Position numbers and translations under genes: made by a program. Under the pieces are notes generated by a model. It had not been told where the DNA came from. It saw only the letters and a program-made list of their open reading frames with translations, and made no database searches. From Phycisphaera mikurensis NBRC 102666 (GTDB lineage: Bacteria > Planctomycetota > Phycisphaerae > Phycisphaerales > Phycisphaeraceae): DNA of 32,000 bases. Positions 1-7,278 of the stretch are shown piece by piece (the stretch's first letter is position 1; each line of letters starts with the position of its first letter). Location: positions 3,000,001-3,032,000 of the forward strand of contig NC_017080.1 of NCBI RefSeq assembly GCF_000284115.1. The letters run 5' to 3'.

Positions 1-633
1 CAGCTCATGTGCGAGCTGGCGAAGCAGCACAAGATGGTGCTGGTCGTGCCGATCTACGAGGAGGAGCTGCCCGGCGTCTACTACAACACCGCCGCGGTGA
101 TCGACGCCGACGGGACCTACCTGGGCAAGTTCCGCAAGATCCACATCCCCCACTGCCAGCCGGGCTTCTTCGAGAAGTTCTACTTCCGGCCGGGGAACCT
201 GGGCTACCCGGTGTTCGACACCGCGGTGGGCAAGGTGGGCGTCTACATCTGCTACGACCGCCACTTCCCCGACGGCGCCCGCTGCCTGGGGCTCAACGGG
301 GCGGAGATCGTCTTCAACCCCAGCGCCACGGTCGCGGGCCTCTCCGAGTACCTGTGGAAGCTGGAGCAGCCGGCCCACGCGGTGGCGAACCAGTACTTCG
401 TCGGCGCGATCAACCGCCCCGGCAACGAGGCCCCGTGGAACATCGGCGAGTTCTACGGCCAGAGCTACTTCTGCGACCCGCGGGGTCAGTTCATCGCCCA
501 GACCGAGGAGCGAACCGCCGACGCCATCGTCATCGCCGACATGGACCTGGACCTCATCCGCGAGGTCCGCAACACCTGGCAGTTCTTCCGCGACCGGAGG
601 CCGGAGACGTACGGCGCGTTGGTTGCGCCTTGA
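1..633 (+). CDS. Beta-ureidopropionase / N-carbamoyl-beta-alanine amidohydrolase-type carbon-nitrogen hydrolase; 5' end lies outside the window
   Basis: The reading frame runs open from base 1 and stops with TGA at 631-633. The translation carries nitrilase-superfamily motifs: RKIHIP (catalytic Lys region) and VYICYDRHFPD (catalytic Cys). GC3 is strongly biased. Neighbouring pyrimidine-catabolism genes support the call. Confidence 0.85.
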   Translation, partial: QLMCELAKQHKMVLVVPIYEEELPGVYYNTAAVIDADGTYLGKFRKIHIPHCQPGFFEKFYFRPGNLGYPVFDTAVGKVGVYICYDRHFPDGARCLGLNGAEIVFNPSATVAGLSEYLWKLEQPAHAVANQYFVGAINRPGNEAPWNIGEFYGQSYFCDPRGQFIAQTEERTADAIVIADMDLDLIREVRNTWQFFRDRRPETYGALVAP

Positions 634-644
634 AGGTTGTGCGC

Positions 645-901
645 GCAGCGCTTCGCTTGAACACAGAGGACGCAGAGGCACAGAGAGGAAGGCGAGCATG
701 CCCTGCCTCCCCGCTTCGCCGGCCGATCGCAAAACCGCGGATCGTCGAGGAAAAGCCTTGAAAACGATCAGGATCCGCGGCTCCTCGCTCTCTGTGCCTC
801 CTCGGTGGCCTCCTCGGAAGGAAGGCTGCTTCCGCCTCGAGGCGCAGCCATTCGGTCGCCACGGCGACCGCCTCCGTGACCTCTGTGATGGAGCGAAGCG
901 A
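645..901. repeat. CACAGAG-rich long inverted-repeat element, copy A (degenerate, right arm split)
   Basis: The left terminus is GCAGCGCTTCGCTTGAACACAGAGGACGCAGAGGCACAGAGAGG. The right terminus is CCTCCGTGACCTCTGTGATGGAGCGAAGCGA, its imperfect reverse complement. An extra internal half-arm, CTCTCTGTGCCTCCTCGGTGGCCTCC, lies at about 789-814. The element fills the gap between the stop at 633 and the start at 923. Confidence 0.8.
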
Positions 902-922
902 CTGCTCGTCCACGGCTGACTC

Positions 923-2332
923 ATGACCACCCCCCGCACGATCCGCTACGGCCTCGACGACGTTCCTCCACCGGGAAGAACCGGGGTGTTCGCGCTGCAG
1001 CACGTGCTGACGATGTTCGGGTCGACGGTGGCGGTGCCGCTGCTGCTGGCCGGGCCGCTGGGGCTGGACACGGCGGGGACGGCTCTGCTCATCAGCAGCG
1101 TCATGCTCTGCTCGGGCGTGGCGACGCTGCTGCAGTCGACGTTCGGGTCGCGCCTGCCGCTGATCCAGGGCGTGAGCTTCTCGCACCTGGGGCCGTTCCT
1201 GGCGATCATCGCCGGCGTCGCGGCCACCGGCGACGCCTCGCCCGGCGCCGCGATGCCGTGGATCGCCGGGGCGATCATCGGCGGGGCGCTGGTGGAGATG
1301 GGCATCGGCTTCAGCGGGCTGATGGGCCAGGTCCGCAAGGTGCTCTCCCCGGTGGTCGTCGGTCCGGTCATCACGCTGATCGGCCTGGCGCTCTACCAGG
1401 CCGGCGCCCCCGTCGCGTCGCAGGACTGGCCGATCGCCGTGCTGACGATCGCGCTGATCGTGCTCTTCGCTTTCGTGCTCGCGCGGAAGACGCACCCGGC
1501 GGCGAGCCTCTTCGCGATGTTCCCGATGCTGCTGGCGATCCTCACCGCCGTGGCGGTGTGCGCGCTGCTGACCCTCGCCGGCGTCTACGGCTCGGATCAT
1601 CCCGCCCGGCCCGACCTCTCGGCCTTCCGCGAAGCGGATTGGGTGCGGACCACGACGCTGGTGCTGCCCTGGGGCGTGCCTCAGTTCTCGCTGGGCTTCT
1701 TCGTGGCGATCCTGGCCGGTTACCTCGGCTCGATGATCGAGAGCTTCGGCGACTACCACGCGGTGAAGCAGGCCAGCGGCGCCGGCAACCCGACGCCCAG
1801 GGAGATCAGCCGCGGCATCGGGTTCGAGGGCGTTGGCTGCGCGATCACGGGCCTGCTCGGCGGCTTCTCGTCCACGAGCTACAGCGAGAACGTCGGGCTG
1901 GTCGGGCTCACGGGCGTCGCCAGCCGGCGGGTCGTGCAGGTGGCGGCGGTGATCCTGGTCCTGCTGGGCGTCTTCGGCAAGTTCGGCGCCCTCGCCGCCG
2001 CGATCCCCGGCCCGGTCGTGGGCGGCCTGTACTGCGCCATGTTCGGCCTGATCGCCGCCGTGGGCATCCGCCAGTTCGCCCGCTGCGACCTCTCCAGCGA
2101 CCGCAACCTGTTCATCGGCGGCTTCGCGCTGTTCATGGGTTTGAGCGTGCCGTACTACTTCGCCAACGGCGGCAGCGACGCCGTCACTACCGCCCTGCCC
2201 GCGTGGGCCGCCGGCCTCGTCAACGCCCTGGGCTCCACCGGCATGGCCGTCGGCGCCATCCTCGGCTTGTTGCTCGACAACCTCGTCCCCGGAACGGACC
2301 GCGAGCGTGGTTTGGTGGAGGAAGCGTCGTGA
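923..2332 (+). CDS. NCS2/NAT-family nucleobase (uracil/xanthine-type) permease
   Basis: 469 aa polytopic membrane protein. It has a NAT-signature-like segment, SYSENVGLVGLTGVASRR, and an N-terminus (ALQHVLTMFGSTVAVPLL) typical of xanthine/uracil permeases. It is embedded in the pyrimidine catabolism operon. Confidence 0.85.
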   Translation: MTTPRTIRYGLDDVPPPGRTGVFALQHVLTMFGSTVAVPLLLAGPLGLDTAGTALLISSVMLCSGVATLLQSTFGSRLPLIQGVSFSHLGPFLAIIAGVAATGDASPGAAMPWIAGAIIGGALVEMGIGFSGLMGQVRKVLSPVVVGPVITLIGLALYQAGAPVASQDWPIAVLTIALIVLFAFVLARKTHPAASLFAMFPMLLAILTAVAVCALLTLAGVYGSDHPARPDLSAFREADWVRTTTLVLPWGVPQFSLGFFVAILAGYLGSMIESFGDYHAVKQASGAGNPTPREISRGIGFEGVGCAITGLLGGFSSTSYSENVGLVGLTGVASRRVVQVAAVILVLLGVFGKFGALAAAIPGPVVGGLYCAMFGLIAAVGIRQFARCDLSSDRNLFIGGFALFMGLSVPYYFANGGSDAVTTALPAWAAGLVNALGSTGMAVGAILGLLLDNLVPGTDRERGLVEEAS

Positions 2333-2368
2333 GGAGGAAAAGAACTTCGTGGTTCGATTCCCTCACGC

Positions 2369-2557
2369 GCAGCGCTGCGCTGGAACACAGAGAGCACGGA
2401 GGCACAGAGGCCACAGAGAGAGGCACAGAGGGAGGAAGACGAAAGCGGTGCTTCCCCAACTTGTCTTCGTGCCTCCACAAACGCTCTTCCCCTTTCTTCT
2501 CTGTGCCTTCCTCTGTGGCCTCTGTGCCTCTGAGTCCTCTGTGATTGAGCGAAGCGA
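2369..2557. repeat. CACAGAG-rich long inverted-repeat element, copy B
   Basis: The left arm is GCAGCGCTGCGCTGGAACACAGAGAGCACGGAGGCACAGAGGCCACAGAGAGAGGCACAGAGGG. The right arm is CTTCTCTGTGCCTTCCTCTGTGGCCTCTGTGCCTCTGAGTCCTCTGTGATTGAGCGAAGCGA. The two are imperfect reverse complements, and the core of about 65 bp is unrelated to the cores of copies A and C. Confidence 0.85.
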
Positions 2558-2575
2558 ACGCCCCGACGCAGCCCC

Positions 2576-4000
2576 ATGCCCCCCACCACCGCCCCCCAAG
2601 CAGAACGGACGATCGAGCTTCCGCAGTTCGATCACCAGCCCCGGCCCTACGACGGGCCGAGCCGGGAGGAGGTGCTGGCTTTGCGGCAGCGGTACGTGAA
2701 CCCCGGGGTGCTCACGTACTACCGCGAGCCGCTGATGATCGTCGAGGGGGCGATGCAGTACCTCTACGACGAGACCGGCAAGCGGTACCTCGACGCCTTC
2801 GCGGGCATCGTCACCGTGAGCGTCGGCCACTGCCACCCGCACGTTGCCGCCGCGGTGAAGGAGCAGGCCGGCACGCTGCAGCACGCCACGACGATCTACC
2901 TGCACCCGACGCTGCCGAGGTTCGCGGAGAAGCTGGCTTCGAAGATGCCGACCGGCCCGAACGGCACGCCGCTGGACAGGACCTACTTCACCAACTCCGG
3001 CAGCGAAGCCAACGAGCTCGCCGTGCTCATGGCCCGCGAGGCGACCGGGAACCAGCACGTGATCGGCCTCCGCAACGGCTACCACGGCGGCACGCCCAAC
3101 ACGATGGGCCTCACCGCCCACGGCACCTGGAAGTTCCCCAGCAACGCCCCCGGCGGCATCGCCCACACGCACCCGGGCTACTGCTACCGCTGCCCGTACG
3201 ACCTTGCGTACCCGTCCTGCGAGATGAAGTGCGCCAAGGACGTCGCCAACGTCATCGCCTACGAGACGCCCGGCCAGGTCGCCTGCTTCATCGGCGAGCC
3301 GATCCAGGGCGTGGGCGGCGCGGTGCTGCCGCCGAAGGAGTTCTTCGGCATCGTCTACGACGCGGTGCGGGCCGCCGGCGGGCTGTGCGTCGCCGACGAG
3401 GTGCAGGGCGGCTTCGGCCGCACCGGCGAGCACTACTGGAGCCACCAGCACTTCGGCGTGCAGCCCGACCTGGTCGTGATGGCCAAGGGCATCGGCAACG
3501 GCGCCCCGCTGGCGGCGGTGACGACCACCGAGGCCACCGCCGCGACGATGACCAAGCGGATCCACTTCAACACCTACGGCGGCAACCCGGTGTCGATGGC
3601 CTCGGGCCTGGCGACGCTGGAGGTCATCGACGCCGAGGGCATCCAGGAGAACGCCCGCGTCGTCGGCGGTCGCCTGAAGGAGGGCCTGCTGGAACTCCGG
3701 GACAAGCACGACCTCATCGGCGACGTCCGCGGCCTGGGGCTCATGCTCGGCGTGGAGCTGGTGACCGACCGCGTCGCGAAGACGCCCGCCAAGCAGGAGG
3801 CCGCCGACCTCATGGAGCTCGCCAAGGAGCGCGGCCTGATCCTGGGCAAGGGCGGCCTGCACGGCAACACGATGCGCATCAAGCCGCCCATGTGCATCTC
3901 CAAAGACGACGCCGACTTCCTCCTCGCCACCGTCGACGAGTGCCTCGGGATCATCGAGGAGAAGGCCCGCCACGGCTCTTCCTGGAAGGCGGGGGCGTGA
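2576..4000 (+). CDS. Class-III PLP aminotransferase (beta-alanine/3-aminoisobutyrate:pyruvate, AGXT2-like)
   Basis: 474 aa. Motifs seen are FTNSGSEANE, VADEVQGGFGRTG and VVMAKGIGNG (PLP-lysine region). The operon context fits conversion of beta-alanine produced by ureidopropionase. Confidence 0.85.
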   Translation: MPPTTAPQAERTIELPQFDHQPRPYDGPSREEVLALRQRYVNPGVLTYYREPLMIVEGAMQYLYDETGKRYLDAFAGIVTVSVGHCHPHVAAAVKEQAGTLQHATTIYLHPTLPRFAEKLASKMPTGPNGTPLDRTYFTNSGSEANELAVLMAREATGNQHVIGLRNGYHGGTPNTMGLTAHGTWKFPSNAPGGIAHTHPGYCYRCPYDLAYPSCEMKCAKDVANVIAYETPGQVACFIGEPIQGVGGAVLPPKEFFGIVYDAVRAAGGLCVADEVQGGFGRTGEHYWSHQHFGVQPDLVVMAKGIGNGAPLAAVTTTEATAATMTKRIHFNTYGGNPVSMASGLATLEVIDAEGIQENARVVGGRLKEGLLELRDKHDLIGDVRGLGLMLGVELVTDRVAKTPAKQEAADLMELAKERGLILGKGGLHGNTMRIKPPMCISKDDADFLLATVDECLGIIEEKARHGSSWKAGA

Positions 4001-4021
4001 TGCGCATTGAGAGTCGTACGA

Positions 4022-4230
4022 GCAGCGCTTCGCTTGGACACAGAGGACGCGGAGGCACAGAGGCCACAGAGAGAGGCACAGAGCGACGGAGAAACAATTA
4101 CTCCGAGCAGCGGGCAGGCTGTCGATGGATCCAGACAGCACGCCAAGCGGTCTGAAGACGCGGCATCCTGCCTCTGTGCCTCTCTCTGTGACCTCTGTGC
4201 CTCTGTGCTCTCTGTGATGGAGCGAAGCGA
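4022..4230. repeat. CACAGAG-rich long inverted-repeat element, copy C (best preserved)
   Basis: The left arm at 4022-4085 is GCAGCGCTTCGCTTGGACACAGAGGACGCGGAGGCACAGAGGCCACAGAGAGAGGCACAGAGCG. The right arm at 4170-4230 is CCTCTGTGCCTCTCTCTGTGACCTCTGTGCCTCTGTGCTCTCTGTGATGGAGCGAAGCGA. The arms are largely complementary and the core of about 85 bp is unique. Confidence 0.85.
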
Positions 4231-4278
4231 CCGCCCGCAGAAAGAACGAGCTACCGGCCCCGCACCCCAAGAACGATC

Positions 4279-5463
4279 ATGCCAACCCTCGAAACCACCG
4301 TCGACGGGATCACGTTCCCGAATCCGTTCCTGATCGGCTCCGGCCCGCCGGGAACGAACCAGAAGGTCATCAAGAAGGCGTTCCAGGAGGGCTGGGGCGG
4401 CGTCATCGCCAAGACGGTCTCGCTGGACGCGAGCAAGGTGACCAACGTCGCGCCGCGCTACGGGAAGCTCACGGGGGAAAACAAGAAGGAGGTCTTCGGC
4501 TGGGAGAACATCGAGCTGATCGCGACCACCAGCTTCGAGGACTGGCTCGACGACTTCCGCGCCTGCAAGGACGCGTACCCGGACCGCCCGCTGATCGCCT
4601 CGATCATGGAGGAGCATTCCCGCGACGCGTGGGCCGAGGTCGTCGGCCGCTGCGAGGAGGCGGGTGTCGACGGCTTCGAGCTGAACTTCTCGTGCCCGCA
4701 CGGCCTGCCCGAACGCAAGATGGGCGCGGCCATGGGCGAGAACCCCGACCTCGTCGAGGAGGTCACCGGCTGGGTGATGGCCGCCGCGAGCACGCCGGTC
4801 TGGGCGAAGATGACGCCCAACGTCACGCGCATCGAAGACCCCTCGCGGGCCGCCCTGTCCGCGGGTGCCCACGGCGTCTCGGTCATCAACACGATCCGCA
4901 GCATCATCGGCGTGGACCTGAAGTCGCTGCGGCCGATGCCCACCGTCGAGGGCCACACCACGCCGGGCGGCTACTCCTCGGTCGCCGTGAAGCCGATCGC
5001 GCTGCGCATGGTGATGGAGTGCCGCCGGCTGATCGACGCGGATTTCGGCGGCCGCTCGATCTCGGGCATCGGCGGCATCGAGACCGGCCACGACGCGGCG
5101 GAGTTCATCCTCCTGGGGGCGGACACCGTGCAGGTGTGCACCGGCGTCATGAAGAAGGGGTACCGCATGATCGGCCCGATGCTCGAGGAGCTGCTGGGCT
5201 TCATGGATCAGCACGGCTTCGAGACGCTCGACGACTTCAAGGGCCACGCCGTCCCCTACGTGACCACGCACGCCGAGCTGGTGCGCCTCCAGGCCGAGGC
5301 GCAGGACCGCAAGCGGGCGCGGGTCGCCGAGGAGATGGCGCTCAAGGAGAAGGCGAAGGCGCAGGAAGAGCTGATCGCCGCCGGCAAGGAAGCCGTCGTC
5401 CGCGACGAGAACTGGGACGAAGACGCTTTCGTGGAGCAGAGCGACGAGCTGGCGGGGGGTTGA
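4279..5463 (+). CDS. Dihydropyrimidine dehydrogenase catalytic (PreA-like, DHOD-family FMN TIM-barrel) subunit with a charged C-terminal tail in place of the ferredoxin domain
   Basis: 394 aa. Motifs seen are FPNPFLIGSGPPGT, NFSCPHG (active-site Cys loop) and GIGGIETGHDAAEFILLGADTVQVCTG. The last 70 aa or so are Lys/Glu/Ala-rich and contain no CxxCxxCxxxCP motif. Confidence 0.8.
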   Translation: MPTLETTVDGITFPNPFLIGSGPPGTNQKVIKKAFQEGWGGVIAKTVSLDASKVTNVAPRYGKLTGENKKEVFGWENIELIATTSFEDWLDDFRACKDAYPDRPLIASIMEEHSRDAWAEVVGRCEEAGVDGFELNFSCPHGLPERKMGAAMGENPDLVEEVTGWVMAAASTPVWAKMTPNVTRIEDPSRAALSAGAHGVSVINTIRSIIGVDLKSLRPMPTVEGHTTPGGYSSVAVKPIALRMVMECRRLIDADFGGRSISGIGGIETGHDAAEFILLGADTVQVCTGVMKKGYRMIGPMLEELLGFMDQHGFETLDDFKGHAVPYVTTHAELVRLQAEAQDRKRARVAEEMALKEKAKAQEELIAAGKEAVVRDENWDEDAFVEQSDELAGG

Positions 5464-5564
5464 GGCCCGGCGGAGCCTTGCTCGGAAAAGATCCAGCAAG
5501 CAGCGCCTCCGCGATCCTCTCGACCCCCAAAGAACCCTGGACCCTGAAGGGGGACCCTGAGAAG

Positions 5565-5648
5565 GACCCGGAAAAGGTGACAGCCACCGATTCCGCCGTT
5601 AGACCCGGAAAAGGCGGGAAAGGTGACAGCCACCGATTCCGCCGTTAG
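5565..5648 (+). repeat. REP array upstream of the RAYT gene (2 direct copies)
   Basis: AAAGGTGACAGCCACCGATTCCGCCGTTAG occurs identically at 5573-5602 and 5619-5648. The core GGTGACAGCCACC is a small stem-loop (GGTG/CACC). The second copy ends 9 nt before the RAYT ATG. Confidence 0.85.
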
Positions 5649-5657
5649 CGTCACTTC

Positions 5658-6344
5658 ATGAGCAGACCACGCCGGCTGACCGTCGGGAACCTCGTGTACC
5701 ACGTGATCCACCGAGGCAACGGGCGCATGACGATCTTCGAGGACGAGGAGGACATGGACGCCTTCGAGCGTGTGCTCGAAGAGGCGCTGGCGCTGCATCC
5801 ATCCATGCGGATGATCGCCCACTGCGTGATGCCGAATCACTGGCACCTGGTGCTCTACCCCAGCGAATCGAAGGTCCTCTCGAAGTTCGTCGCGTGGGTG
5901 GCATCAACGCACACGCGACGTTGGCACGCGCACCGGCACCAAACTGGCGAGGGCCACCTGTACCAAGGCCGCTTCCGCTCTTTTCTGGTGCAGAAGGGTC
6001 CCCCGGTGGCCAAGGTCTGCCGCTACGTCGAGCGGAACGCGATGCGGGCGGGGTTGGTGGAGCGTGCGGAGGATTGGCGGCACGGCAGCCTCTGGCGATG
6101 GTCCCGAGGCGCCGCCAAGCAGAAGGAGCTTCTGGCGGCCTGGCCGGATCCCCCCGGGCGCCGTCCCGCGGGCTGGCTGGACCTGGTGAACCAGCCGCAG
6201 TCGGACGCGGAGGAGGAGGCCATCCGGGTGTGTCTGCGTCGTGAGCGTCCGTATGGCGACGCGGAGTGGATGGAGACCGTGATCCCGCAGTTCGGCTTGG
6301 TGTCGACGCTTCGGCCCCAAGGACGGCCCCGGAAGGAGGGGTAA
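5658..6344 (+). CDS. REP-associated tyrosine transposase (RAYT; IS200/IS605-like Y1 HUH transposase family)
   Basis: 228 aa. The HUH motif is MPNHWHLVLYP (cac tgg cac at 5838-5846). The C-terminal catalytic Tyr motif is CRYVERNAMRAGLV, resembling the YxxxNPxRAGLV pattern of RAYTs. Inverted REP arrays flank the gene. Confidence 0.85.
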   Translation: MSRPRRLTVGNLVYHVIHRGNGRMTIFEDEEDMDAFERVLEEALALHPSMRMIAHCVMPNHWHLVLYPSESKVLSKFVAWVASTHTRRWHAHRHQTGEGHLYQGRFRSFLVQKGPPVAKVCRYVERNAMRAGLVERAEDWRHGSLWRWSRGAAKQKELLAAWPDPPGRRPAGWLDLVNQPQSDAEEEAIRVCLRRERPYGDAEWMETVIPQFGLVSTLRPQGRPRKEG

Positions 6345-6442
6345 TCGGTGGCTGTAACCTTTTCTTGATCCTTTCCTCGGCCTAATCGGTGGCTGTCACC
6401 TTTTCTTGGTCGGCCTAATCGGTGGCTGTCACCTTTTCTTGG
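6342..6442 (-). repeat. REP array downstream of the RAYT gene (3 copies, inverted relative to the upstream array)
   Basis: TAATCGGTGGCTGT(A/C)ACCTTTTCTTG occurs at 6342-6367, 6383-6409 and 6416-6442. The last two copies sit in a 33-bp tandem unit. The first copy contains the RAYT stop codon TAA (6342-6344). Confidence 0.85.
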
Positions 6443-6477
6443 TCCGCTGCAGCTGCTTCACCCGCCTGCGTTGGGCC

Positions 6478-7215
6478 TCAGCCTCGGACTCCTGAGGTCC
6501 CGCCGGGTGGGTCGTGTTCATGCGGCTGCGAAACTTGAGCAGCGCCGCCCGGGGCGTCGGCGAGATCGAAGCGGAATCCGCCGAGCTCGACGAAGGGCCG
6601 GAAGGCGCCGAAGGAGGTGGCCCGCACCCGCCGCGCGACCTCGTCGGCGGGCATCGCCGGTTCGATGCGGCTGAGGTCGTCGAGGTCGCGACGCGTGTAG
6701 ACGCGGCCGCCCCACCGCTCGGCCGACGCGGGGAGCGGGTCGCCCCGCTGGAGCCGGTCGAACATCTCGTAGAACAGCTGGAGCTGGGCGTCGTAGGTGC
6801 GCTCCAGGAGCGAGGCGACGCCGTCGTGCGGGTACACGGGGAAGCGGCGGACGGCCAGGACCGGGCCGGAATCCACCGCCGGGTGCATGCGGTGGCAGGT
6901 CGCTCCAAAGGTTTCCACGCCCCGGTACAGCGCCTGGTTGATGCCGCCGAAGCCGGGGTAGTCCGGGGTGGCGGGGTGGAAGTTGATCGCGTGCTCTGAC
7001 GCCCGCGCAAGCAGCTCCGCCGGGAGGATCCAGCGGGAGAGGTAGGAGACGATCCACTCACCACGCCAGGCACGGGCGGCATCGGGCAGCTCGTCGCCCC
7101 AGTCGCCGTGGAAGGCGGTGACCAAAGCCCCGGACCGACGGAGCAACGCGAGCGCCTCCGATCCATGGGCATCACCAGCCTTCCCAAGGAACAAGACGCG
7201 AGGTGGCGACTCCAT
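6478..7215 (-). CDS. Formyltransferase-family protein (probable sugar N-formyltransferase)
   Basis: The ORF spans 6478..7344 and I prefer the internal start MESPPRVLFLG (ATG complement at 7213-7215). It has the formyltransferase core HAINFHPATPDYPGFGG and a CHRMHPAVDSGPVL Asp loop. It sits next to DegT aminotransferase and GT genes. Confidence 0.75.
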   Translation of the reverse strand: MESPPRVLFLGKAGDAHGSEALALLRRSGALVTAFHGDWGDELPDAARAWRGEWIVSYLSRWILPAELLARASEHAINFHPATPDYPGFGGINQALYRGVETFGATCHRMHPAVDSGPVLAVRRFPVYPHDGVASLLERTYDAQLQLFYEMFDRLQRGDPLPASAERWGGRVYTRRDLDDLSRIEPAMPADEVARRVRATSFGAFRPFVELGGFRFDLADAPGGAAQVSQPHEHDPPGGTSGVRG

Positions 7216-7278
7216 TGCCGCATCATGCAAACTACGCCAGCCCGCCGCTTTCGGAGCGGCTCCTCGACGAGTGCCTTC

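Larger units (their letters stand above)
5565..6442 (+). mobile_element. REP-RAYT unit: RAYT gene bracketed by inverted REP arrays
   Basis: The 20-nt core AAAGGTGACAGCCACCGATT occurs 2x upstream in the + orientation. Its reverse complement AATCGGTGGCTGT(C/A)ACCTTT occurs 3x downstream. Confidence 0.8.

Noticed and set aside
2351-2361. GGTTCGATTCC, a tRNA T-loop-like motif just after the permease stop
   Set aside because: The flanking bases do not form a T-stem (CGTGG versus CCCTC). No acceptor, D or anticodon arms can be built upstream. The only pairing is a 7-bp stem, CGTGAGG/CCTCACG, around a 26-nt loop. It is not a tRNA or tmRNA fragment I can support.
645-4230. CACAGAG elements as integron attC sites or gene-cassette boundaries
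   Set aside because: Conserved inverted arms around a variable centre superficially recall attC. However, there is no GTTRRRY core, no integrase in the window, and the flanked genes form one coherent catabolic pathway rather than unrelated cassettes.
554-5499. Long minus-strand ORFs (554..1759, 2363..4270, 3574..5499) antisense to the pyrimidine operon
   Set aside because: They have no recognisable domains and an Arg/His/Asp/Gly-rich composition. They also read straight through the intergenic CACAGAG repeats. The plus-strand genes carry unambiguous family motifs.
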